Positions 25,285 to 34,289 are shown, numbered from the stretch's first letter. The stretch is 45,960 nt of DNA from a virus (IMGVR_UViG_3300034197_000041:1-45960), one strand, 5' to 3'. Numbers and translations are program-made. The notes: generated by a model not told the origin, from the sequence alone.

Positions 25285-27159
25285 ATGGCCACTGTGACGA
25301 AGCGACCGCCGCCGGCGATCACCCAGCTCGACCCCGGCAAGATCGACGCCGGCCTCGCCGGCTGGCGCTGGGGCCGCCAGGGCGGCGGGCTCGACGGCCC
25401 GCTCGAGTTTTCGCTGCGAGGTCCAGACGGCTGGGCGACGAAGTTCTATCAACACGACACGAGGGCCATCGCCGAAGCTCTGCGCCGCGTGCGCAGTCAG
25501 CCGAAGGCGCCCGCCCCCGCCCCCGCCGACGCGGGCTTCGACCGACTCGACGCCGTCGATCAGCGCCGCGACGCCGAGGCCCTGATCGCGGACCTCGAGG
25601 CCGTCGAGGCCCGCGTCACGGCTGCGATCGCCGACGCCACCGACCTGACGGCGCTGGACCAGATCCTGGCCGGCCTGGCCGCGCTCGGCGGCTACCTGAG
25701 CGCCGATCTCCGGGCGCAGGAGCTGCGCCAGGCGATCCTGCGCCCCGCCGAGACAGGGCTGATCGTCGTCGAGCCCGCCATCGATGGGATCGTCGTGATG
25801 TCCCGTGCGGAAGCCGAGACGGCAGAGGCGGCGATCATCGCCACCGCCGACAACCTGCGCCGGCGCATTGACGAGTTTGACCAGCGCCGGGGCTGGATGG
25901 CCCTGGGCCACGGCAGCTTCCGCGCGTGGGCGACGGCGAAATTCCCAGACACGAGCTTCCAGTACCTCTACCGGCTGCGCGATGCAGCCCAGGTTGACCG
26001 CGACCTCGGTTTCGCCATTGGCGAAACGCCGGAGAGCCACGCCCGCGAGCTGAAGCGCGTGCCGCCGGCGGAGCGCCCCGCCGCGATGGGCCGGGCCGAT
26101 GAGATCGCCATCGAGGCCGGGCGCTCCCGGCAGGCTCGCGACGTGGCGCAGGCGGCTCGGGAGCACGCCCCGCCGCCTCGCCCCGCCGAGCCGAGCGGCG
26201 CCGAGATCGAGGCGTCGATCCGGGCCTGCCTGCTGCGCGGGGACGCCCGCGCCGCCGCGCCGCTGCTGAGCGGCCTGCGCGGGGACGCCCGGCGGCTCTG
26301 GGCCGACGACTTCACGCGCGTGCAGGCGATCCCGCAGGCGCTGGCGCAGGGCCTCGAGGTCGCCGCGCGCTCACTGGCCAGCGCGCTCAACGACACGCCG
26401 CTGCGCAACGCCTATCTGGCGCAGGTCGCTGCCCACCCCGCCCCCGCCCCGCCCCCGAACCCCGCGCCCGCCGCCGAGTTCGCCGCGCTCGAGGCCGAGG
26501 CCCGCGCCGCCGGGCTCAGCCTGGCCTGGGACGGCGCCGAGGGCCGATTCGCCGTCTACGAGGGCGGAAAGGGGCCGGACGCACGCTACAGCTACTACCC
26601 GGCCACCTGCTGGGAGAACGCCGCCGGGCGCGTACGCTTCCTGCTGGGCCAGGGCGCCGCGCCGATCCGCGCCCCGGCAGCGGACGAGCCCGCCGCCGAG
26701 CCGTCGCTGCGCGACGGGCAGCTGATCGCCATCGCGCTGAAGGGCTGGCGCAAGGAGTTCGCCCCCGGCGTGGTCGAGCAGCTGGCGCGCGTCGCCGAGC
26801 TCGGCGGCCACGACGCGGCGATCTACGCCGCCAGCGCGGTGCGGCGGGCGCTCGAGGAAGAGCGTCGGCGCAGCGGCGCGCCGACTGAGCGGATCGGCGC
26901 GCCCCCTGCGACCGCCGTCGCAGCCCCGGCGCTCCCGGAGCCCGCGGCGCCGCTCACCCCTGAGCAGATCGTCGCGACCATCGAGCGCATCGAGCTGCGC
27001 TGGCTGGCCGGCGACGTCGCCGGCGACGATGAGGCCACGCTGCACCAGCTGGTCAGCGCGCTCGAGGCCCGGGTCGCCGAGCTCGACGACGCGACCTACG
27101 AGGGCCTGATCCAGCACCTCGGCGAGATGCTGGCCACCTTCGACAAGGAGCCGGCGTGA
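25285..27159 (+). CDS. Large multidomain hypothetical protein
   Basis: 624 aa, AGGAGG RBS, central GWMALGHGSFRAW...SFQYLYRL segment of a type seen in phage DNA-binding proteins. Confidence 0.7.
   Translation: MATVTKRPPPAITQLDPGKIDAGLAGWRWGRQGGGLDGPLEFSLRGPDGWATKFYQHDTRAIAEALRRVRSQPKAPAPAPADAGFDRLDAVDQRRDAEALIADLEAVEARVTAAIADATDLTALDQILAGLAALGGYLSADLRAQELRQAILRPAETGLIVVEPAIDGIVVMSRAEAETAEAAIIATADNLRRRIDEFDQRRGWMALGHGSFRAWATAKFPDTSFQYLYRLRDAAQVDRDLGFAIGETPESHARELKRVPPAERPAAMGRADEIAIEAGRSRQARDVAQAAREHAPPPRPAEPSGAEIEASIRACLLRGDARAAAPLLSGLRGDARRLWADDFTRVQAIPQALAQGLEVAARSLASALNDTPLRNAYLAQVAAHPAPAPPPNPAPAAEFAALEAEARAAGLSLAWDGAEGRFAVYEGGKGPDARYSYYPATCWENAAGRVRFLLGQGAAPIRAPAADEPAAEPSLRDGQLIAIALKGWRKEFAPGVVEQLARVAELGGHDAAIYAASAVRRALEEERRRSGAPTERIGAPPATAVAAPALPEPAAPLTPEQIVATIERIELRWLAGDVAGDDEATLHQLVSALEARVAELDDATYEGLIQHLGEMLATFDKEPA
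26906..26923. repeat. Dispersed 18-bp palindrome, copy 4
   Basis: CTGCGAC CGCC GTCGCAG. Confidence 0.85.
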
Positions 27160-27545
27160 CACCCCCCCGCTGCGCCCGGCCCTGCCCCCGCTGCGGCGGC
27201 CCCGTGGCGCTGTGGGGCTGGGTGCGCCCGCGCCTGTACTGCCGATCTCGGCGCTGCGGCTGGCGCGGGGCGCCGCCCGCCGATCTCCTGCTGCGCCGCC
27301 AGGGCGCGCCGTGCCTACCAGGATTTGAGGAGCCAGTGAACTACCTGATCGTGATCGCCGTGGCGGGGAAGCCCGCCGCCGTCGAGCGCCTGATCGAGCG
27401 GATCGACGGGATCGTCGAGACGACGACGATGGAGGGCGGGATCGACGGCCTGGCCACCGAGGTCGTCAAGGGCGCCCAGGCCGACGCCGCGCGCGAGCGC
27501 ATCCGAGGCGCGGCGAAGGCGCCGACGAAGCGGGGCGCCTCGTGA
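27156..27545 (+). CDS. Hypothetical protein (possible internal start at 27336)
   Basis: N-terminal CPRC...C..C zinc ribbon. GAGGAG RBS before GTG at 27336. Confidence 0.55.
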   Translation: MTPPRCARPCPRCGGPVALWGWVRPRLYCRSRRCGWRGAPPADLLLRRQGAPCLPGFEEPVNYLIVIAVAGKPAAVERLIERIDGIVETTTMEGGIDGLATEVVKGAQADAARERIRGAAKAPTKRGAS

Positions 27546-27961
27546 GCACGCTCATCCTGGCCTGTTCCGCCACGAAGGTCGCCAGCGGCCTGGAGATCCC
27601 GGCCCTGGACCGCTACGACGGCCCGCTGTGGCGCGTGCTGCGCCGGGCGCTGCGCGAGCGCGACGGCCTCGCAGACCGGCTGGCGATCTACGCGCTGTCG
27701 GCGCGCTACGGCCTGATCCCGGCTCGCGGTGTGGGGATCGCCTACTACAACCAGCGGATGACCCCGGCCCGCGCCGCCGAGCTCGCGCCGGCCGTCGCCG
27801 TGGCGCTGAACGCCGGGCTTTGGCCTGTGGACTATGTCGAGGTCGGACAGGCATACCGCCTGGCGCTGCCGATGCCGCCCTGGCCCGCGTCGATCCACGT
27901 CGGCCACGGGAGCATCGGGAAGCGCCTCCAGCAGCTAAGGAGCTGGCTATGGAGCGTGTGA
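27542..27961 (+). CDS. DUF6884/YaaA-like protein
   Basis: ILACSATK...PALDRYDG...ALSARYGLI...YNQRM signature. Confidence 0.65.
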   Translation: MSTLILACSATKVASGLEIPALDRYDGPLWRVLRRALRERDGLADRLAIYALSARYGLIPARGVGIAYYNQRMTPARAAELAPAVAVALNAGLWPVDYVEVGQAYRLALPMPPWPASIHVGHGSIGKRLQQLRSWLWSV

Positions 27962-28158
27962 CCACCCACGACGCCCGCACCCGCTTCGTCGGCCTCTGCG
28001 AGTTCGAGGCGCTGCTGTGGGACGCGCCGGCGCTCGCCCCGCCGGGGCGCATCGGGCGGCGCCGACCGGGCAGCGCGGTGCGGCCGCCGCCCGACTGGCG
28101 GCAGGAGCGGCGGATGTGGCGCCAGCTGCGCGCCGAGAGGAGCCCTGATCGTGAGTAG
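27949..28158 (+). CDS. Hypothetical protein
   Basis: AAGGAG RBS, MERVTTHD... Confidence 0.5.
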   Translation: MERVTTHDARTRFVGLCEFEALLWDAPALAPPGRIGRRRPGSAVRPPPDWRQERRMWRQLRAERSPDRE

Positions 28159-28477
28159 CGTTGACGACATCCACCGGCGGCTCGACGCGGCGCGCATCCC
28201 GCTGCCGCTCGACAACGCCGGGGCACAGGCTGGCGACCTCTGGGGCGGCGACGGTCGCTTCATCGGCAACATTGACGAGCCGCTGTTCGCCGATGTCATC
28301 GCCGCCGCCGTGAACGCGCTGCCCGCGCTGCTCGCCGTGGCGCGGGCGGCGGCCGCCGTCTGCGGCGAGACGTTCGGGCCGACGACGGACCTCCGGGGCC
28401 GCGTGGCGGGCGGGCCGGATCGCATGGCAGCGCGGCGCGCCGCGCTGGCGGCCCTAGACCAGGTCGATTTCTCGTGA
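28151..28477 (+). CDS. Hypothetical phage protein
   Basis: ADVIAAAVNALPALL motif common in small phage proteins. Confidence 0.6.
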   Translation: MSSVDDIHRRLDAARIPLPLDNAGAQAGDLWGGDGRFIGNIDEPLFADVIAAAVNALPALLAVARAAAAVCGETFGPTTDLRGRVAGGPDRMAARRAALAALDQVDFS

Positions 28478-29058
28478 GGCGCCGCCGCCACCGCTGGTTC
28501 GAGATCGTCGCGCCCGACGGGCTCACGCTGCGGATCTGCGGCGACCCGGGGATGGACCGCGAGACGCTGGAGGCCCTGATCGCGCTGGGGAAGGCGATGC
28601 AGACGATGGGAGAGGAAGCCGAGATGACCACCACCGACCCGATCACCGCCGAGCTGATCGTGACCCTGCCCGATGAGGCGGCCCTGATCGCCGCCACGTT
28701 CGCCGCGGCGGCCGTCGCCCCCGACGCCGCGCTGTTCCGCTCGAGCGCCGCCCCGTGGCAACTCAAGGCGAGCGCGGGCCGCACCGACGCCGCCACGTGG
28801 CGCGGGAGGCTCGTCAGCCTGGTCGAGGTGCTGCTGCCGGGGGCGGGGGCGACTCCGCTCGCCGCCCACCTCGACACGCTCGGCGACCTCGCTGAGCGCT
28901 GCGCCAACCTCCACGCGGCGGCGAGTCTGCCGCTGCGGCCGGAGCTGCATCTGGAGGCCCTGACGCCCGCGCTTAGGGAGATGTCGGCGCAGCTGCGCCA
29001 GATCTACGTCGCCGTCGCGGGCGAAGACCCGTGGGAGGATGCTCCTGATGAAGCCTAA
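28474..29058 (+). CDS. Hypothetical protein (possible internal start near 28624)
   Basis: GTGA-coupled ORF. Confidence 0.55.
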   Translation: MRRRRHRWFEIVAPDGLTLRICGDPGMDRETLEALIALGKAMQTMGEEAEMTTTDPITAELIVTLPDEAALIAATFAAAAVAPDAALFRSSAAPWQLKASAGRTDAATWRGRLVSLVEVLLPGAGATPLAAHLDTLGDLAERCANLHAAASLPLRPELHLEALTPALREMSAQLRQIYVAVAGEDPWEDAPDEA

Positions 29059-29362
29059 AGGCCGCACCCCGCCCGAGCGGCCCGAGATGCGCACCTTCAC
29101 GGTCACAAGCGGCTACGGCGGCAACACGCGCCGCCCGTTCGTCGGGATCGAAGGCCCAGCGCTGCCGATCACGATGGACAGCAGCGAGGCCCGCGCGCTG
29201 GCGCTGAACATCTACGAGGCGGCGATCACGGCTGAGGCCGACGGCCTGATCGTGGAGTTCTTCACCCGTGAGATTGGCACCAGCCAGGAGGAGGCCGCGC
29301 AGATTCTCCAGAAGTTCCGCGCCTACCGCAAGCGCTGGCGCAACGAAGCGGATATGGCCTGA
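29048..29362 (+). CDS. Hypothetical protein
   Basis: GGAGG RBS, 104 aa. Confidence 0.65.
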   Translation: MKPKGRTPPERPEMRTFTVTSGYGGNTRRPFVGIEGPALPITMDSSEARALALNIYEAAITAEADGLIVEFFTREIGTSQEEAAQILQKFRAYRKRWRNEADMA

Positions 29363-29396
29363 TCCACGCCCGCATAGCGAAAGTACAGAGGTTCCA

Positions 29397-30716
29397 ATGA
29401 GTGCAGGACACGGCCCGAACATCGGCCACGGCTACGTGAAGTACGTGATCATCGACCCGGCAGGGGTCGAGCTCCCCCCGGTCGTCTTCCCCGCCCAGAT
29501 CGCCCGCGCGGCCCGCGCCGTCGCCGGGGGCCTCGTCGAGGCCCGCCACGTCCGCGTCGGCGACGTGGCGTACTGGACCGGCGACGATGCCGGCCTGGCG
29601 CCCTCGCCGATCACGATGCTGGCGCAGGAGCGCCTCGGCGACCCCACCTTCATCCCCGCGCTCGTGGCGGGGGCGCTCGATAGGTTTGGGTGTTTGAATG
29701 GATCGTCCGTCGGGCAGTGCGTGACCGGGCTACCCGCGACCTGGGCTGAGCAGGGCGATTCGTGCCGCGCGCTGGGCCAGCGGCTGCGCGACGCCTACCC
29801 CTACGAGCGCATCCGCGTCATCGCGGAGCCGCTTGGGCTCGCGTATAGCGCCATCCTTGATAACGACGGCCAGGTCGCGGGCGACACCGTGCTGACTGAG
29901 GGTCGCATAGGAGTTGTAGATCTCGGCCACCACACCGTGGACGTAGCCGAATTGCTGAAACTCGCCGTGGCCAAGGGCTCCTTTGGCACCTGGCAGCAGG
30001 GTACTGCGACCCCGCTCCGCCAGATCCAGGCTCGGCTCTCCGCGTCCTTTGAGCGCGAGCTGAGCCTGGCCGAGACCGATCAGGCGGTCAGGGGCGAGGG
30101 CCTTTTTGTGCACGGGGATTGGTTTCCCTTGCCGCAGGGATGGGATCGGCCATTCGTCGAGCAGAGTCAGATTATCCTCGCGCGCCTGCGCGAGGTGTTT
30201 GGGCGCGGTGGGCGCCTTGATGCAATCCTGGTGGGCGGCGGAGGGGCAGAGGAGCGGCGTATCGTCGAGCCGATTTTGGCATATTACCCGCACGCGCGGA
30301 TCGTCCCTCAGCCGCAGACGGCGATAGCCCGCGGCTACGCCCGCCTCGCCCGACGCCTAGGGCGGCGCCTGAGCGAGGAACCAGGTGAGGCGCCGCCACG
30401 AACGACCTACCGGATGACCTCGGGCGATAACTACCGAGCGCGCAAGGCTGGCGCCCAGGGGGAGATTACAGACATCGAGTGGGATACGTTGCGCGCTCGT
30501 TTTGGGGGGCGTTGTGTTGGTTGCGGGCAGGTTGGTGCGGGGATGGACCACATCGTTCCGCTGTCTCGAGGCGGAATGCATACGATCGACAATATCCAGC
30601 CGCTGTGCCAGTCCTGCAACTCTGCGAAACGCAATGAGATCATCGATCTGCGGAACAGGCCATTTCCCGGCCCGGGCTGGTACAACCTCTGGAAGCGCGG
30701 GAAGCTTGAGCTATGA
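29397..30716 (+). CDS. ParM/StbA-like actin-fold protein fused to a C-terminal HNH endonuclease domain
   Basis: NIGHGYVK (phosphate 1), TGLP, IAEPLG, VVDLGHHTVD (phosphate 2), LVGGGGA (adenosine) and PQTAIARG, then CVGC...DHIVPLSRGG...NIQPLCQSCNSAK in one uninterrupted frame. Confidence 0.85.
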   Translation: MSAGHGPNIGHGYVKYVIIDPAGVELPPVVFPAQIARAARAVAGGLVEARHVRVGDVAYWTGDDAGLAPSPITMLAQERLGDPTFIPALVAGALDRFGCLNGSSVGQCVTGLPATWAEQGDSCRALGQRLRDAYPYERIRVIAEPLGLAYSAILDNDGQVAGDTVLTEGRIGVVDLGHHTVDVAELLKLAVAKGSFGTWQQGTATPLRQIQARLSASFERELSLAETDQAVRGEGLFVHGDWFPLPQGWDRPFVEQSQIILARLREVFGRGGRLDAILVGGGGAEERRIVEPILAYYPHARIVPQPQTAIARGYARLARRLGRRLSEEPGEAPPRTTYRMTSGDNYRARKAGAQGEITDIEWDTLRARFGGRCVGCGQVGAGMDHIVPLSRGGMHTIDNIQPLCQSCNSAKRNEIIDLRNRPFPGPGWYNLWKRGKLEL

Positions 30717-31066
30717 GCCTGAAGCTCCAGGGAATCAGGCTTGGCCCGGATCTGCGCGCCCTGGTGGATGCCGCTGGCCCCCTTAATCTGGCGGCCCGGG
30801 CACTGATTATTCTGGGCGCTGCCGCAGTCGGGCAGTCGGTTGGGTATTTGGAGCCCACGATCTGCACGCTCATCGGGTCTGGCGATCTGAGCCCTGCAAC
30901 GACTGCGGCACTTCGAAGGCTGCTTCGGGGCGGCGATAGCACCGGCGCTATCACCCTTGAAGAACTGCTTGATGAGCCATTGCCGGGGCCTGTGGCGTGG
31001 ACATCGCCAGAGGAGCTTGAGGCAGTGCTTAGCGATGATCTTGTTACGGTCGGCATGGAGGTCTGA
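30713..31066 (+). CDS. Small protein coupled to ParM-HNH, candidate ParR-like adaptor
   Basis: ATGA overlap, N-terminal strand-helix-helix-like start, acidic C-terminus. Function inferred from position only. Confidence 0.55.
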   Translation: MSLKLQGIRLGPDLRALVDAAGPLNLAARALIILGAAAVGQSVGYLEPTICTLIGSGDLSPATTAALRRLLRGGDSTGAITLEELLDEPLPGPVAWTSPEELEAVLSDDLVTVGMEV

Positions 31067-31215
31067 GCGTTTAGTCACGCCGGGGGCATTCCCCGGCACA
31101 ATAGAGACGGCGCCGCTTCCGACGGCGCCGGGGTTGGGGTCAGGGCGATGTGCGTTCCCTGACCGTGGCCCGACTAGAGCATAGCAGAGCCGTCAATCGA
31201 AAAGGATGTGCGACC

Positions 31216-31833
31216 ATGTCGAAGAGGTACCCCGGCCTGATGGCCGACCGCGTCGCCGCGCGCGACGCCGCCGAGATCCCCGAGCCCGACGCCGCCCCGA
31301 TGGCCCGACGCCCCGAGCCGATGCTGAGCCGCCCCGCCGACCGCGCCCCCGCCGTGCCGACGTTCCCTGATCAGGCGCCGACCGCCTCGCCCGCGCTGAT
31401 CGCCACGGTGATCGCCGTGGCCGTGGTCGCGCTGCTGGTGCTGGCGCCGCGCTTCCTCGGCGGCCCCCCGCCGCCCACGGCGCCCGTGCCGCCCCCCGCG
31501 CCCACGGCGACGATGGACCCGGCGGCGATCCCGCCGGCCCCCTGGCCACCGGTGGCCGCGCCCGGCGCCGCGCCCACGGAGGCGCCCGCCGACGCCGTGC
31601 CCACCGCGGCGAGCTTCCTTGAGCCCGTCCCTGGCCAGCAGCAGGCCCCCGCCCCGCCGGCTGCCCCGGCCCCGGCCGCCCCGGCGTGGGTGCCCCCGGC
31701 GCCCGCCGCGCCGCCCGCCGCGCCGCCCCCGCCCCCCGAGAACACGCCGTCGGCGCTGACGCTGATGGCGACGCCGATGACCAGCCTGGACGCGCTCGGC
31801 TGCACGCCCGGCCACTGCGGCGCCCGCCCGTGA
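31216..31833 (+). CDS. Single-TM Pro/Ala-rich membrane protein
   Basis: AAAGGA RBS, TM LIATVIAVAVVALLVLAP. Confidence 0.65.
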   Translation: MSKRYPGLMADRVAARDAAEIPEPDAAPMARRPEPMLSRPADRAPAVPTFPDQAPTASPALIATVIAVAVVALLVLAPRFLGGPPPPTAPVPPPAPTATMDPAAIPPAPWPPVAAPGAAPTEAPADAVPTAASFLEPVPGQQQAPAPPAAPAPAAPAWVPPAPAAPPAAPPPPPENTPSALTLMATPMTSLDALGCTPGHCGARP

Positions 31834-32483
31834 GCGCCGACAAGTGGTTCTTCGCCGGCTGCGTTTTGGCAGCCGGCTACTACCTCTGGGCGGGCATGCC
31901 CCCGCTGCTGCAGCTATCGGCGCCGCGCCCCGCCCTGGCCGGCGCGGCGGTGGCCGTGGCGCCCTCGGCCGCGCCCGCGCCGGCCAGGGCAGCTGCCCCG
32001 CCCCCGCCCCCGCCCGCGCCCGCCGCCCCGGCCCTGGGCGACGGCGGCCCGGTGGGCTGCCCCGTGGCGCCCGTGCAGGGCCGCGTGGCGATGACCCAGG
32101 GCTACGGCGTGGGCAGCCACACGCCCGCCGCGATCTGGGGCGCCGTCGATCTCGCCATCGATGGGGACGGCGACGGTGCCGCCGACGTCGGGGCCAGCTG
32201 GGGCGCGCCGATTGTCGCGACCCACGCGGGCACCGTGACGGCGACGCCCAACAGCCAGCCGGCGGGGAATCACGTCTGGGTCGACTCGCCGGACGGCTGG
32301 CGCACGGGCTACAGCCACCTGCAGGACATCCTGGTCAGCAGCGGCCAGTGGGTTGAGGCCGGGGCGCAGCTGGGGACGATGGGCTCGACGGGGGCGGCGT
32401 CAGGCCCCCACCTCGACTACCAGGTGTGGCGCGGCGGGGCCAACGTCGATCCCACGCCGCTCGTCGAGCCGTGTTTTTACTAA
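31830..32483 (+). CDS. M23 family metallopeptidase with N-terminal membrane anchor
   Basis: H...GAVDLA, G.PIVATHAGTV, GNHVWV, YSHL, GSTGAASGPHLDYQV, VDP. Confidence 0.88.
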   Translation: MSADKWFFAGCVLAAGYYLWAGMPPLLQLSAPRPALAGAAVAVAPSAAPAPARAAAPPPPPPAPAAPALGDGGPVGCPVAPVQGRVAMTQGYGVGSHTPAAIWGAVDLAIDGDGDGAADVGASWGAPIVATHAGTVTATPNSQPAGNHVWVDSPDGWRTGYSHLQDILVSSGQWVEAGAQLGTMGSTGAASGPHLDYQVWRGGANVDPTPLVEPCFY

Positions 32484-32492
32484 GAGGACTCT

Positions 32493-32987
32493 ATGCCGGT
32501 CACATCCCGCTGGCTCGATGAGCCGCCGCCCGAGCCGCCGCCGCTCAATGTGGGGATCGTCGCGATCTCACTCCTGATCGTCGGCCTCTCCGTCTACGCC
32601 ATGCTGGCGTTCTTCCTGGCGCCCGCGCCCGAAAGCGCCGCCGCGCCCACGCCGCCGGCAGGGGCTGCGACCACGGTCGCAGCCCCTGCCGGCGTGGCGG
32701 AAGCCCCCGCCCCCGCCGCGCCCACGGCCCCCGCAGCGGTGGCGCCGCTGCCCACGGCGGCGCCGACCGAGGCGCCGCCGGCCACGCCGATCCCCGCGAC
32801 CGCCGCGCCGCCCAGCCCGGCCTGCCCGCCCGCGATCGCGCTCCCCCCCGGGGCGCGTGTGGGCTGGCTGGCCCGGGCGGCCGGCTGCCCGGGCGTCCTG
32901 TACGCCCGGGTCAACGGCGAGAGCCGCTGGGTGCTCAAGCCGGCCGACTTCCCCGACGATCTGTATGCACAGCTCCCCGAGCTGTAG
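32493..32987 (+). CDS. Single-TM Pro/Ala-rich protein
   Basis: TM GIVAISLLIVGLSVYAMLAFFL, small C-terminal domain with a Cys pair. Confidence 0.65.
   Translation: MPVTSRWLDEPPPEPPPLNVGIVAISLLIVGLSVYAMLAFFLAPAPESAAAPTPPAGAATTVAAPAGVAEAPAPAAPTAPAAVAPLPTAAPTEAPPATPIPATAAPPSPACPPAIALPPGARVGWLARAAGCPGVLYARVNGESRWVLKPADFPDDLYAQLPEL
32665..32682. repeat. Dispersed 18-bp palindrome, copy 5
   Basis: CTGCGAC CACG GTCGCAG. Confidence 0.85.
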
Positions 32988-32998
32988 CCGAGGCCACC

Positions 32999-33445
32999 AT
33001 GCGCAAACTCTCTGCGGTCATCGCTCAAGGATTCTCGTACTCGGCGACTCTGGGCGCCGCGCTGTTCTTCCTCAACGAGGGCAGCGCCCTCATCGTGTGG
33101 GCCTTCGCGATCGTGATCGCCGCCGCGTTCGAGGCCCTCTTCTTCGGCATGAAGGAGGCCCTGTGGGCGCCGGGCCTTGGTAACAAGGCCCTCGGCGCCG
33201 GGGGCTTTTTTATCGACGGCCTGATCAACACCGCCGGTATTATGGGCCTCGCCATCGGCGCCAAGCTCTTGACCTTCGGCCCGGTACCGCTTATCCTGGG
33301 ATCACTCGATGTGGATGCCACCAACCCTGACGCCCGGCTGACAGCGGCCCTGTCGATCAGTTTCGCGCTGGGGATGGTGCTCTCGATTGCTCCACACATT
33401 CTCTGGCGAGCGGGCAAGCGGCCCGGGCGGGCCGCAGCGGCGTAG
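32999..33445 (+). CDS. Polytopic membrane protein (about 4 TM)
   Basis: 148 aa, mostly hydrophobic. Confidence 0.75.
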   Translation: MRKLSAVIAQGFSYSATLGAALFFLNEGSALIVWAFAIVIAAAFEALFFGMKEALWAPGLGNKALGAGGFFIDGLINTAGIMGLAIGAKLLTFGPVPLILGSLDVDATNPDARLTAALSISFALGMVLSIAPHILWRAGKRPGRAAAA

Positions 33446-33460
33446 TAGCAGGAGGGGGCG

Positions 33461-34129
33461 ATGGGTGGCGAGCCGACGATCTGGGCGTGGCTGGCGTTTT
33501 GGGTGCAGATCGCGTTGGCGGTCTACGCCTTCTTTGTGTTCGTCGCCGACCGCGTCCCCGGCCTGGCCGGGGTCGGCGCGGTCGTGCGCAAGGCCAGCTG
33601 GAAGCTCCTCATGATCTTCATCCAGCGCTGGGGCGACTGGCTGATCTGCTACATCTACGGCCCGCTCTGGCGGACGATCATCAGCCTGCCGCGCACCCTC
33701 TGGAGCGGCCCGCCCCCGCCCCCAGAGGCCGCCCCCGTGTCAAGGCTTTCCGTGCCGCTCCCCGGCGCGCTCCCCGGCGCTTATGTCGTGCCCGAGGCTT
33801 TGTCCACCCCCCAGAACGCCCCGTTCGCCCCGTCCGCCGTTCGTCCGTCTGCCCCGTCCGCGCCCGTGGAGCCCCCGGCGCCCCCGGCGCCCGCTGCCGT
33901 GGAGCGGCTAACGGTTGACAGATCGCGGGAGGCGCTGATTGAGGCGCTGCTCGCCGCGGGGTGGTCGGCGACGCAGATCCGCGAGCAGCTGCGCGGGGCG
34001 AACGCCACCACGGGCCAGGAGATCGAGGCGGCCCGGGCGCGCCTGGCTGAGGCGAGCGCCCCCCGCGCCACGCCCCTCGCCAGGCGCGCGCTCGCCGACG
34101 GCGTGGCCTTCCGCGAGCCCGCGCCGTAG
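33461..34129 (+). CDS. Membrane protein with Pro-rich linker and C-terminal HTH-like segment
   Basis: N-terminal TMs, EALIEALLAAGWSATQIREQLRG. Confidence 0.65.
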   Translation: MGGEPTIWAWLAFWVQIALAVYAFFVFVADRVPGLAGVGAVVRKASWKLLMIFIQRWGDWLICYIYGPLWRTIISLPRTLWSGPPPPPEAAPVSRLSVPLPGALPGAYVVPEALSTPQNAPFAPSAVRPSAPSAPVEPPAPPAPAAVERLTVDRSREALIEALLAAGWSATQIREQLRGANATTGQEIEAARARLAEASAPRATPLARRALADGVAFREPAP

Positions 34130-34154
34130 CCCCTGCGACCGCCCCGCCTCACCG

Positions 34155-34182
34155 CGCCCCCGCCGATCTCTTGGCGGGGGCG
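34155..34182. terminator. Hairpin between the convergent right arm and the tail operon
   Basis: CGCCCCCGCCGA-4-TTGGCGGGGGCG. Confidence 0.6.
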
Positions 34183-34184
34183 TC

Positions 34185-34289
34185 TTAGATCTTCGGCGTG
34201 GGCACGCTCACCCACCGGCTGAGCCAGGCGAGCAGCGCGCTGATGGCCCCGCTGAGGAGATCCGCGAGCCAGTCGAGGATGGCACGCAT
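34185..34289 (-). CDS. 34-aa amphipathic peptide MRAILDWLADLLSGAISALLAWLSRWVSVPTPKI
   Basis: AGGAGG RBS and TGATG coupling to the upstream gene. Not in the ORF track. Confidence 0.65.
   Translation of the reverse strand: MRAILDWLADLLSGAISALLAWLSRWVSVPTPKI

Noticed and set aside
21894-34150. Additional copies of the 18-bp palindrome at about 21894, 30004, 33444 and 34133
   Set aside because: Only one 7-bp half-site matches in each case.
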